This document shows positions 7,231 to 16,654 of a stretch of 40,411 nt of DNA, piece by piece (the stretch's first letter is position 1; every line of letters begins with the position of its first letter). Location of the stretch: positions 1 through 40,411 of the forward strand of contig QMRW01000002.1 of the NCBI GenBank assembly GCA_003650785.1, given 5' to 3'. The notes under the pieces were generated by a model. That model worked only from the letters and a program-made list of their open reading frames with translations, ran no database searches and was not told the origin of the DNA. This stretch comes from Thermoprotei archaeon. GTDB taxonomy: Archaea > Thermoproteota > Thermoprotei > Thermofilales > B20-G17. A program made the position numbers and the translations under genes.

Positions 7231-8817
7231 CTCGATCTCCTTATTTAGTATTCTTCCACAGTAATTACATAAAGTAGAGTGCTTCGATATCTTAGCCTTG
7301 CAGAAGGGACATATCTTGTATTCCTCTTTTACTTCTCCTCTACTCCTTAGATAGAGCACTGTAATCACTATAAGGACTATGATTAGTACAAGCATTATAT
7401 ATTCCATGTTAATAGGGAGAACTTCTGTACTGAAACCCATGTTTCTTAAATCACTATATATTCCCGGTCCTCCTACTCTTGCCATTAGTTCAAAAAGTTT
7501 TGATATTGTTTTTACTTCTCTTGTATTTTTTGCTTCTCTAAATAATTTTTTGTAAAACTCTACTCCTCCATACTTATCTCCTATCCTTTTAACAACATAA
7601 TAGGATGCTGAGTAGTACAGTCCCTCATATGGACCACTATGCCATCTTACAACTTCACCTAGGTTTCGAGATACTTCTCTTTTAAATAGCTCTACTCCTT
7701 TTAACCTATCCTCCTCCATTGAGGTAACATTGACATTTATTTTCTTACACACATAGAATGAGAGATATTCAGCTAATCCTTCATGAAACCATCTTAATTG
7801 AGGTGTGGCTTTAATGCCTATTCTTCCCAATGCAACATGAATATATTCATGTATGAGAGCCTGCTCCGGATAGCCTGGCATAAATCTAGTAAGTGCGAGG
7901 TTCAAATTTATGGGACCACTCTCGCCTGTATTTATTACACTACTGTATATGAAACCAAGTCGATCTAACTCTATAAGATCTGGGAGAAAGAACTTGATCT
8001 CGAGGCTCTCAGGAAAATCTTCGAATATTTTCTCTAAAATAGGTTTAGCTCTCTTAAGTATTCTCACCAATTTATCTGTAAAGTCTCTATAAATGGCCGG
8101 TGTCTCGAATACTATAGTAGAATTATCAATCCTATAGTATATTCTCTCGCTTGGTATATCTTCTGATAGTCTATAATTAATGCATATCCGAATTCCTTTA
8201 CTCAGGTATCTCTCAGTAGTGATTCCTTGATATTTTATAACAACAGGAGATCTCAGTATGTATGTTATATTAGCTCTCGTATCATCTGTACTGAAGTGCT
8301 CGGGTATGTGAGGATATATCTTTACATACCTCTTAAAATTACTAAGCAGTATTATTACGCGAACTGTACTATTGTCACTAACTCCTATTAGTGGTGTCAT
8401 AAACCATGCATCGTCCTCTAGTATTAGGGACGCATAGCGAAAGGTGTAATTTATCACCATAGTAACACTCGAGCTAGAGATGTATCTTATTTTCACTAGA
8501 TTGTAGAAGTAGTATTGTTCTTCTTCTTCGATATCCTGTATAATTACAGTCCCCTCTACTACTGTCAAGGTATATTTTTCGTACTTAGGTAGGTACATTA
8601 GACTAGTTCCATTACCATGAGCTCGGAATATTATACGTATCTTAGCGCTTCCATTTTTCATAACATCTATATACCATGTGTACTCTGGATACTTTAAATC
8701 GACTGAAGGTATTGCCTCTACTTGATGAAAACCTTCGATAATTGATAATAATAATGCTAATGCTACTATAAATAAAAGATCTTTTTTACGTGTTGCTACA
8801 TTAACTTCACATTTCAT
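7207..8817 (-). CDS. Secreted, membrane-anchored gluzincin (peptidase MA-like) with C-terminal zinc ribbon
   Basis: N-terminal signal peptide, HEYIH plus WFHEGLAEY, C-terminal TM helix, then CPFC...CNYC. Confidence 0.8.
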   Translation of the reverse strand: MKCEVNVATRKKDLLFIVALALLLSIIEGFHQVEAIPSVDLKYPEYTWYIDVMKNGSAKIRIIFRAHGNGTSLMYLPKYEKYTLTVVEGTVIIQDIEEEEQYYFYNLVKIRYISSSSVTMVINYTFRYASLILEDDAWFMTPLIGVSDNSTVRVIILLSNFKRYVKIYPHIPEHFSTDDTRANITYILRSPVVIKYQGITTERYLSKGIRICINYRLSEDIPSERIYYRIDNSTIVFETPAIYRDFTDKLVRILKRAKPILEKIFEDFPESLEIKFFLPDLIELDRLGFIYSSVINTGESGPINLNLALTRFMPGYPEQALIHEYIHVALGRIGIKATPQLRWFHEGLAEYLSFYVCKKINVNVTSMEEDRLKGVELFKREVSRNLGEVVRWHSGPYEGLYYSASYYVVKRIGDKYGGVEFYKKLFREAKNTREVKTISKLFELMARVGGPGIYSDLRNMGFSTEVLPINMEYIMLVLIIVLIVITVLYLRSRGEVKEEYKICPFCKAKISKHSTLCNYCGRILNKEIELSNFNSQ

Positions 8818-8913
8818 TATCTCACTTATGTGATATAATCCTCTAGGACTCTATATTAATGTTATTAACTAATGATTGGCGCTTTCCAGTAGGTTTATCT
8901 TTTACTGAAAACT

Positions 8914-9738
8914 TCACTTTACTAGTGGTTTTAGGAATTTTATAGCCTCTTTAGCTTTTTCCTCGGGAGGTATTCTTCTGAAATCCTCAATAGAGAGATA
9001 GCCTCTAAAGCCTATACCTTTAAGTAATAGCACTACTTCCCTCCAGTCAAGTATTCCACTATCGAGTGGAGCTGGAACATACTTTCGAGGATTATTAGGA
9101 TCGTGCTCGTAGTTCTTCACATGAACATGCTTAATATACTCCTTAAGTATATCCACCTGAACTCTAGGTGGCTCCCATCCTTCCCAGACAGCATTTCCTG
9201 GATCGTAAAGTACTCCTATGATTGTAGGCTCTAGGCCTCTTATGAGATCTATTATTATTCCAGCTGAGGAGGCTATACATCCTCCTCCATGCTGTTCTAG
9301 TATTGGCATAGCTTGTAGTGCTCTTTTCTTCAGTTCTTTTGCAAGATCTATTGCTTGCTTTCTAAATGCTTTTCTTATTCCCTCATACCCTCTTTCTGAA
9401 CTATATCCTGCAGCTTGTACCCTGAAGTATGGTGCCTCGAGTATTTCTGCAACTTCAGCAACTTTCAGAGCCATTTTCCTATTGACTACCCACTCTTCCT
9501 CTACAACTCCTAATTTTACATAGGAAGCTAATGCTGAGACCTCGAGTCCTAGGTCTTCTATATACTTCTTAATCTTCCTTACGTATTCTGGCTGGTAATC
9601 AATGGGTATGTGTACTCCATCTGTATGAATTCTAATCTCAATACCATCGTATCCTAGTTCCGCTATAACCTGTGCTGATTCCTCTAATGATCTCTCACTA
9701 AATATTAGTGTATACACGGAGAGCTTCATGATTCTCAC
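8914..9738 (-). CDS. Sugar phosphate isomerase/epimerase (xylose-isomerase-like TIM barrel)
   Basis: GYDGIE, LEQH, YDPGN, HVHVKN and GFRGYLSIE motifs. Confidence 0.88.
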   Translation of the reverse strand: MRIMKLSVYTLIFSERSLEESAQVIAELGYDGIEIRIHTDGVHIPIDYQPEYVRKIKKYIEDLGLEVSALASYVKLGVVEEEWVVNRKMALKVAEVAEILEAPYFRVQAAGYSSERGYEGIRKAFRKQAIDLAKELKKRALQAMPILEQHGGGCIASSAGIIIDLIRGLEPTIIGVLYDPGNAVWEGWEPPRVQVDILKEYIKHVHVKNYEHDPNNPRKYVPAPLDSGILDWREVVLLLKGIGFRGYLSIEDFRRIPPEEKAKEAIKFLKPLVK

Positions 9739-9765
9739 TCTAGTGAGATCTATGGATTTATAACT

Positions 9766-10209
9766 TTACCTGCACTCTGTTAGATCTATAAGTTTCATGA
9801 GTATATCTCGTAATCTTCCTTTCACTCTCATATAACTGAGTGGTGGTCTCCAATTGGGTATGAGGGATCTCATATCCTTTAAAGTTATCGCTCTTTTGTA
9901 CTTTTTAGGTTTGACTACTTTAATAGCTAGTACATGCTTATGTCCTCTTATGTATGGTATATCTCTTTCATCTACTCCTGAGCTAGGTATTGCTTTCACG
10001 TATTCCCAAATAGTACTGAACTCCCCTACTATCACTTCTCCAGCTATGAACTCTCCTACTATAGCCTTCACAGGATTTGAAGCATACATAATAATTCTAT
10101 CTCCCTGTTTTATAGTGAATATCTTCTTCCTTAACTCGAATGCCTTCCTCCCTTCAAGTATTTGATAAGCGAATACAGGCTTAAATGACATCAATATAAT
10201 ATCACTCAA
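9766..10209 (-). CDS. ASCH/PUA-like domain protein
   Basis: LMSFKPVFAYQILEGRKAFELRK...YASNPVKAIVGEF...PPLSY. Confidence 0.85.
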   Translation of the reverse strand: MSDIILMSFKPVFAYQILEGRKAFELRKKIFTIKQGDRIIMYASNPVKAIVGEFIAGEVIVGEFSTIWEYVKAIPSSGVDERDIPYIRGHKHVLAIKVVKPKKYKRAITLKDMRSLIPNWRPPLSYMRVKGRLRDILMKLIDLTECR

Positions 10210-10343
10210 ACTTCCTCTCCCTTTTCAAGAGTTCTATCGGTTATTAAACTATTAGTTTCTAATAGCAGACCAAGCCGTTACTTGAATAGGCGGTATAGTG
10301 CTAGTCTAGAGAGAGGTTTAAATATTTGAGCTATGTAGGCTTC

Positions 10344-10514
10344 ATGGTGAATGAGTTGGGACTAGAGGTAAAGCACTATATCTGTATGCGGTGTAAGCGG
10401 AGATTTAGTTGGAATGAGATGTTGTACCTCCCAGGTATTCGATGCCCTTATTGTGGACAGAGAATAATAGCTAAAACTAGACCTCTTGTAGCAAAAAGAG
10501 TGAAAGCTATTTAA
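10344..10514 (+). CDS. rpoP: RNA polymerase subunit P (Rpo12)
   Basis: YICMRC...IRCPYCGQRIIAKTRP...VKAI. Start uncertain: TTG 10326, ATG 10344 or GTG 10347. Confidence 0.92.
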   Translation: MVNELGLEVKHYICMRCKRRFSWNEMLYLPGIRCPYCGQRIIAKTRPLVAKRVKAI

Positions 10515-11403
10515 TTCTACTATGAATTCCACTTATGAGTTCGTATATTATCCTAGCAGCCGTAGATGAAGTTATGTTGTTTATATCATAGGGCGGATAG
10601 GTCTCAACTACGTCAAAGCCTACTATACTGCTAGAGAGTATAGTGTGTAAGATGTACATAAATTCCCTGAAGTTATATCCTCCTGGTTCAGGATTACCCA
10701 CTCCTGGAGCAATGGAGGGATCTAGGACATCCATATCTATCGAAATATAGACCTTTTTCACTCTTCCCATGAACTGACGTACTTCATGCATAACCTCTTT
10801 AGTAGGGCTGTATATAGGAATATAGCTTAGTTTCTTTTCTATTTTCACGAACTCCAATTCTTCAGTTGATACTCCTCTAACTCCTACAATCAATATCTCG
10901 TCTACTCCTCTTAACTCTACTATTCTTCTAATGACTGTTGCATGTGTAAATTTATACCCTGGTGGGTATTCATCTCTTAAATCTAAGTGTGCATCGAACA
11001 CCAGTAGCCCTATACTACCGTGTTGTTTAGTGAGTACTTTGACTATAGGTAACGTTATAAGATGCTCTCCACCTATAGCCACTACCGTCTTATGTCCATC
11101 CAGTATCTCCATCATAGTCTCTTCGATAATATTAAGACTTTTGATCGGATCGAGATCATAAACTGTGATATCGCCTATATCACATACACTTAGTTTCTCG
11201 AAATCGACTCCGTATCTTAATGAATAGCTCTCTAAATGCATAGATTCCTTTCTTATACTCTCTGGTGCAAATTTAGTCCCATGGATTCTCGATACTGTAG
11301 AGTCGAGGGGTATTCCTACTATTATGGAAAGTGCTCTATTCACCTCGACAGATTTACCACAGAACTTTACACTAGGCTCACTAAGGTAGAACATTTCACT
11401 CAA
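10507..11403 (-). CDS. speB: Agmatinase (ureohydrolase family)
   Basis: GGEH, DAHLD, SIDMDVLDPSIAPGVGNPEPGG motifs. Confidence 0.9.
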   Translation of the reverse strand: MSEMFYLSEPSVKFCGKSVEVNRALSIIVGIPLDSTVSRIHGTKFAPESIRKESMHLESYSLRYGVDFEKLSVCDIGDITVYDLDPIKSLNIIEETMMEILDGHKTVVAIGGEHLITLPIVKVLTKQHGSIGLLVFDAHLDLRDEYPPGYKFTHATVIRRIVELRGVDEILIVGVRGVSTEELEFVKIEKKLSYIPIYSPTKEVMHEVRQFMGRVKKVYISIDMDVLDPSIAPGVGNPEPGGYNFREFMYILHTILSSSIVGFDVVETYPPYDINNITSSTAARIIYELISGIHSRIK

Positions 11404-11490
11404 CCAATCTTGTTGATTAGGGAAATACTATATAAACTGTTCAGGGTGAATTTATTAAAATGTGATTAGAGTAGGTAAGTGGGGTAGTAC

Positions 11491-13260
11491 ATGGACAAGT
11501 ACGAGAAGATAGTACGACTAGCTAGGCGAAGAGGGTTCTTCTGGCAGGCCTTCGAAATATACGGTGGTGTTAGTGGTTTCATGAGCCTAGGACCCCTAGG
11601 AGTAGCTTTAAAGAGGAATATAATGGATAAGTGGAGAAATACGTTCATAGTACCTCATCAAGATTTCATACTGGAAATAGAGACACCTATAGTCTCTCCT
11701 GAAATAGTTTTTAGGGCATCAGGACATTTAGAGCACTTCACTGACTATATTGTAGAATGTTTAGACTGTGGAAGAAAATATAGAGCAGATCACCTCATAG
11801 AGCAAAATACGAGTCTCAAGAATCTGGAAAGATACAGTACAGTCGAGCTCACTAACATGATAAGGAAGTATAACATTAAATGTCCAGAATGTAATGGAAG
11901 GCTAGGAGAAGTAGGAGTCTTCAATTTACTCTTCAAGACTACAATAGGACCTTATAGTGAAAATATAGGCTATTCTAGGCCGGAAGCTGCTCAAGGAATG
12001 TTCATAAACTTTCATAGAATATATCAAATTATGAGAAGAAAATTGCCCTTAGGAATAGCTCAGATAGGTAAGGTTCTAAGAAATGAAATATCACCTAGAC
12101 AGGGACTGATAAGACTTAGAGAATTTACGATCATGGAGTTAGAGTTATTCTTTGATCCTAAGAATCCTCAATGTCCTCTACTGCATAGGGTAGAGGATAT
12201 TAAGCTCAGATTACTGACAGAAGACTTACAGAGAAAAGATATAGAAGAGCCCATAGAAATCAGTGTTAGAGAGGCTGTCGAAGAGGATCTGATAATTAAT
12301 GAGTGGAATGCCTATTTTATGGCACTAGCTAAGGAGTTCATAGAATCTATAGGTGTACCTCCACATAAACAGATGTTCGTTGAAAAACTTCCTGAGGAGA
12401 GGGCTCATTATGCTGCACAGACTTACGATCAAGTAGTCTATGTTGAACGATGGGGGTGGATAGAGGTATCTGGTCATGCCTATAGAACGGATTATGATTT
12501 AAAAGGTCATATAAAGTACAGTGGTAGAGATTTAAGAGCCCATAGAATACTGAAAGTTCCCAAAGTAGTAAGAAGAGTTGAAGTAAAACCAATAATAGAG
12601 ACTTTAAGGGAAGATTTCCGTGACTTAATGCCTCAACTGATTAAGACACTTGGAGATCTAAATGCTGAGGTTGTAGCTATGGAACTTCAGAATAAAGGTT
12701 ACATAGATGTTAAAATATCTGAAGGAAGTTGCTACAGGCTAACCAGAAGACATATTGCAGTAATTACAAAGGAAGAAAAAAGAGGAGTGGAATCTTTTAT
12801 TCCTCATGTTGCAGAGCCATCCTTTGGTGCTGAGAGAGTCCTATACACGGCCTTGGAATACGCTTATTCTGAAAGAGATGGAAGGATAGTCCTTAAGCTT
12901 CCAAGAGATATAGCTCCCATAAAAGCCTCTGTTTTCCCTATAGTTAAGAAGGACGAGTTTATTGAAATTGCCCTGAGAATATATGATAACTTAAAGAGTG
13001 CAAGCATAAGTGTAGTATATGATGATGAAGGCGCTATAGGAAGAAGATATATGCGAGTAGACGAGATAGGAGTCCCCTTCGCTATTACCGTAGATGGCCA
13101 TACTTTAGTAGATGGCACTGTAACTGTTAGAGATAGAGATACATGGCAACAAGTTAGAGTGCATGAGAAGGATTTAGTCAAGTTCATTAAACTTGGATGT
13201 AAAAATCCTAAGCTCTCAATTCATGAAATTTTAGTCACTATTAGTGCTCAGTGCTCTTAG
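11491..13260 (+). CDS. glyS: Glycine-tRNA ligase, archaeal/eukaryotic alpha2 type
   Basis: RRGFF, SGH, RPEAAQG, RNEISPRQGLIRLREF, EPSFG and a C-terminal anticodon-binding domain (IGRRY...DEIG). Confidence 0.97.
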   Translation: MDKYEKIVRLARRRGFFWQAFEIYGGVSGFMSLGPLGVALKRNIMDKWRNTFIVPHQDFILEIETPIVSPEIVFRASGHLEHFTDYIVECLDCGRKYRADHLIEQNTSLKNLERYSTVELTNMIRKYNIKCPECNGRLGEVGVFNLLFKTTIGPYSENIGYSRPEAAQGMFINFHRIYQIMRRKLPLGIAQIGKVLRNEISPRQGLIRLREFTIMELELFFDPKNPQCPLLHRVEDIKLRLLTEDLQRKDIEEPIEISVREAVEEDLIINEWNAYFMALAKEFIESIGVPPHKQMFVEKLPEERAHYAAQTYDQVVYVERWGWIEVSGHAYRTDYDLKGHIKYSGRDLRAHRILKVPKVVRRVEVKPIIETLREDFRDLMPQLIKTLGDLNAEVVAMELQNKGYIDVKISEGSCYRLTRRHIAVITKEEKRGVESFIPHVAEPSFGAERVLYTALEYAYSERDGRIVLKLPRDIAPIKASVFPIVKKDEFIEIALRIYDNLKSASISVVYDDEGAIGRRYMRVDEIGVPFAITVDGHTLVDGTVTVRDRDTWQQVRVHEKDLVKFIKLGCKNPKLSIHEILVTISAQCS

Positions 13261-13513
13261 CACTTACTTCATCTATACTCCTAACTGCAATACCACCATC
13301 ATTTAGTAGGGCATTTATGCTTTCTATATCCAGCTCTCTCCCTTCTACAGTGATCCTTATGGTTTCGGTTTTAACATCGACCTCTCTGACGGAGATATTG
13401 ACCTCTTCTACACCTTCTAAACTACATAACATTCTAGCCAATTCTACTATTGAAAATTCTCGTGGTTTTAAAGCATCTATTACAAGTCGAACTACCCTTA
13501 TATCTTCAGTCAA
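13241..13513 (-). CDS. DUF211 family protein
   Basis: RLVIDALKP...GVEEVNI...E.D.KT...SIDEV pattern, directly downstream of a VIT-family gene as is usual. Confidence 0.88.
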   Translation of the reverse strand: MTEDIRVVRLVIDALKPREFSIVELARMLCSLEGVEEVNISVREVDVKTETIRITVEGRELDIESINALLNDGGIAVRSIDEVSAKSTEH

Positions 13514-13514
13514 A

Positions 13515-14225
13515 TTATCCCCCTCCTACAACGTTGAGGAGGACTACTGTAAGAAGACCCACTATCAATCCTGATAATAGCATAAGTATACCGTACTTCA
13601 GTATGTTTTCCTCGGAGAGCCTTGCTAAGAATACTCCTAATGAGAATAGAGATACTCCTATTATGACAATAGAGAGTCCTAGTGCTAACTCAGGATGCAA
13701 CATACCATACATGGTGAGGATGAAGGGGCTTACTGAAATTAGTGAAAATAGAAGAGGAGCTGTTGCATCAATTGCCGCAGCTAGAATTGTCGTCGTGTTT
13801 ACGGCTCTCTCTAATATGGATCCACCAAGATCCATGAACATGGATTTCTCTAAATCCTTTATTTCCCTCAATCGCTCTGCTCTTTCTGTCAGTAATGCTC
13901 CACTGAAACCGGATACGGCCATAGCTAGGCTTGCTCCAATGGATGCATACACTATTATCCTTGCATCTATGGTACCACTCATATAGGATCCTAATATTAT
14001 ACCAAAGACTGTTAGAATTCCATCAAATCCATTCATTACGAAGTATCTCCTAAGAATGCCACTAGCGTTCATAAGCCTGAGATGGATGCCTATTTTCTCC
14101 CTAAGGCTATTACTCAGTATTCTTCGGTAATAATGTTCTATGGTATCTCTTCTATTCTTAAGGAAATCGTTTCTACTAGATGAACTCTCATCCATATCCT
14201 GTTCTCTATATTTGTAGGGTATCAC
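13515..14225 (-). CDS. VIT1/CCC1 family membrane protein (TIGR00267-like)
   Basis: RRYFVMNGFDGILT, SGFSGALLTERAER and five hydrophobic segments. The true start may be downstream. Confidence 0.85.
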   Translation of the reverse strand: MIPYKYREQDMDESSSSRNDFLKNRRDTIEHYYRRILSNSLREKIGIHLRLMNASGILRRYFVMNGFDGILTVFGIILGSYMSGTIDARIIVYASIGASLAMAVSGFSGALLTERAERLREIKDLEKSMFMDLGGSILERAVNTTTILAAAIDATAPLLFSLISVSPFILTMYGMLHPELALGLSIVIIGVSLFSLGVFLARLSEENILKYGILMLLSGLIVGLLTVVLLNVVGGG

Positions 14226-14268
14226 ACTATTAAACTTATTCCTCCTAATGTAATACTAGTCAACTAGT

Positions 14269-14679
14269 CTATCTCCTATGTCTCAGTAGTACTCTAAGTC
14301 CACTAAGATCTACTTCAATACCTAGTTCGCCTAGTAAATATATCATTTCAGGAAGAACTTGAATCAAGTACTCCTCTGAGACTGTATGTGCCATTGTACA
14401 TTCATTATCTACAGTTATTATGTTATCCTCGATGAAATATACTATAGGATATATTCTACACCCTTTCGGTCTCCAGCGATATATATTACATTTCCTAGTA
14501 TTTGGATTGTAAAAAACACAATGGTCATTTATGTTCTTCAATCTGAGTAGACCATCCTTAGATATCACTGAGAATTCCTTCAATTTATAGCCTAATTTGG
14601 TTATACGTAATATATCTGTCGGTCCTAGTACCATCTGAGTTTTTACACAACATTTACCACATCTAATGCATTTAAACAT
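14269..14679 (-). CDS. YkgJ family cysteine-cluster (CxxCxxCC) protein
   Basis: CIRCGKCC...CVFY...CNIYRWRPKGCRIYP. Confidence 0.9.
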   Translation of the reverse strand: MFKCIRCGKCCVKTQMVLGPTDILRITKLGYKLKEFSVISKDGLLRLKNINDHCVFYNPNTRKCNIYRWRPKGCRIYPIVYFIEDNIITVDNECTMAHTVSEEYLIQVLPEMIYLLGELGIEVDLSGLRVLLRHRR

Positions 14680-14791
14680 ATAATCTCAATAAGTAATTAT
14701 GATCATGGACTATTATTATTAACTGTAATAGTCAAGTTCACATAGACTATCCTCGATTACCTGAGAGTAATCCTTATATTACTGCTGTACA

Positions 14792-15778
14792 ATGGTACCT
14801 ACATCGAGAGGTGAAAAAGAATTGTATTTAGGCGTATGGGCTCATCCAGGGGATTTTTCAGATGAATCTGCCGTAGATAAATTACTAAATAAACTGTCTG
14901 AAATAGGTGCTAATAAGCTCGTCGTCAATGTGAAAGATTCATCGGGACGTGTGTACTTTAAGAGTAATGTGGGTATAATGGCTGAGGTTATAAAGCACTT
15001 CGACTTCTTAAGGTATACTACAGAAAGAGCTGGAGAATTCGGTATAGAGGTTCACGCTTGGTTCGTGGTATTTCCCGAAGGAATTAAAGAACTAAAAGGT
15101 TTTCTAGAGCGTCATCCCGGATATGCCTGTATCGAAGAAGGAGGGAAACGCATAGGATGGATGTGTCCCTCTCATGAAGAAGTTCACGACTATCTCCTTA
15201 CACTCTTCCGAGAGGTTATTGAAAATTATAACATCGATGGTATTCATCTAGACTATATAAGATACCCTGAACCCATAGTCTATAAGGCATGCTTCTGTAA
15301 TAACTGTGGCTTAGGAGGTTATATGGATGAGAAATGGATTCTACATGGTTCTGAATATATAAAGTCGTTCGTCGAGAAGTCTTACAAACTCACTAGAGAA
15401 TATGGTATTGAACATAGTGCTGCGGTATTCCCTGACTATCCAACCTGTATTATCACTGTTAGACAGGATTGGGTTGAATGGATTAACCGTGGATTACTTG
15501 ATTGGGTAGCACCTATGACTTATACTAATATTACTAAGATAGTAGAAGAGTTCACTAAGATACATTCATCTCTTGTCTTAGATCGAGCACTATTACTGGA
15601 GGGATTAGGTAAACGAAGCTCTAAATCAAGACTATCTCCAGGTGATCTCCTTAATCAAATTCATAAGGCTCTCTTAAATGGAGCAGATGGGGTCATGATA
15701 TTCAGCTACTCTGGAATGGAAGATCAAGATTTCAGAGCTATTAGTAGATTTATGAGAAGTCTGAGAGGTATACAGTAA
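14792..15778 (+). CDS. GHL10 / DUF187 glycoside-hydrolase-like TIM barrel
   Basis: VHAWF, WMCPS, DGIHLDYIRYP, QDWVEW, PMTY, GVMIFSY motifs. No signal peptide. Confidence 0.85.
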   Translation: MVPTSRGEKELYLGVWAHPGDFSDESAVDKLLNKLSEIGANKLVVNVKDSSGRVYFKSNVGIMAEVIKHFDFLRYTTERAGEFGIEVHAWFVVFPEGIKELKGFLERHPGYACIEEGGKRIGWMCPSHEEVHDYLLTLFREVIENYNIDGIHLDYIRYPEPIVYKACFCNNCGLGGYMDEKWILHGSEYIKSFVEKSYKLTREYGIEHSAAVFPDYPTCIITVRQDWVEWINRGLLDWVAPMTYTNITKIVEEFTKIHSSLVLDRALLLEGLGKRSSKSRLSPGDLLNQIHKALLNGADGVMIFSYSGMEDQDFRAISRFMRSLRGIQ

Positions 15779-15810
15779 AGGATAAAAATTAAGGCTCTAG
15801 CATAACAAGG

Positions 15811-16392
15811 ATGGATATGGCAAAGGATGCATACATCAGATTAGAGGTTCCAATACCAGATAATGTGGAATTGAGGGTGGAGGGTAAAGTAGTACTTGTA
15901 AGAGGGCCGCTAGGGCAGCTTAAAAAAGATTTCTCATATGCTAAAAAAGTGAATATATCTAGAGAGAATAATAGGGTAGTCCTTGAGACATACTTCGCTA
16001 GAAAGAGGGATAAGGCTCTTATCGGAATGCTTGCAGGAAAGATAAAGAGTATGATAGAAGGTGTACTGAGGGGATATAGGTATAGGATGTATATAGTGTA
16101 TGCACACTTTCCAATGAATCTAAAGGTATCCAAGGATGAAATAATAGTAGAGAACTTCCTAGGGAGGCGCGATATAATACGAGTAAAGATAGTAGAAGGA
16201 GCTACTGTAAAAGTACTGAAGGATGAGGTCATTATAGAAGGACTGGATAAAGAAGCAGTTGCTCAGACAGCAGCTAACCTTCACCAGGCAACTAAGCTTA
16301 GAGGAAAGAGAAGATTAGCCCCTCATGGAAGAGCTGGTGGCCCTGGAGTACTAGATGGAATATACTTATACAAGGTTGAGCACTTAAGATAA
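15811..16392 (+). CDS. rpl6: 50S ribosomal protein L6 (uL6)
   Basis: VRGPLG, GYRYRMYIVYAHFPM, NFLG, QTAAN, DGIY motifs. Confidence 0.95.
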   Translation: MDMAKDAYIRLEVPIPDNVELRVEGKVVLVRGPLGQLKKDFSYAKKVNISRENNRVVLETYFARKRDKALIGMLAGKIKSMIEGVLRGYRYRMYIVYAHFPMNLKVSKDEIIVENFLGRRDIIRVKIVEGATVKVLKDEVIIEGLDKEAVAQTAANLHQATKLRGKRRLAPHGRAGGPGVLDGIYLYKVEHLR

Positions 16393-16548
16393 CTACCTTC
16401 TATACCTCTTAGGTCTTAGATTGTAGCTTCTGCACCTTCTACACCTTACGGCACTCCAGGAATTTCGAGCACCGCATTCTCGGCATATTTTCACCTTAAA
16501 TGTATGCTCTAGTGCTACTTGCAACTTTACAGGGTCTGTGATTGGCAT
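16393..16548 (-). CDS. rpl40e: 50S ribosomal protein L40e (eL40), 51 aa
   Basis: Below the ORF-track cutoff. MPITDPVKLQVALEHTFKVKICRECGARNSWSAVRCRRCRSYNLRPKRYRR. Confidence 0.95.
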   Translation of the reverse strand: MPITDPVKLQVALEHTFKVKICRECGARNSWSAVRCRRCRSYNLRPKRYRR

Positions 16549-16654
16549 ATCGATCCCTAGACAATTTCGTTAAGGGGACTCTTATTAGCTTTACTCATGG
16601 TTACAGTAGGTCTTTAATTTAAGTATTTTATAGGAGGAGAGTTATATCAAAACG

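Noticed and set aside
10255-10312. Possible H/ACA-like hairpin (AGAC...CCG...CGG...GTCT-AGA) upstream of rpoP
   Set aside because: Short imperfect stems, no clear K-turn and no true ACA box.
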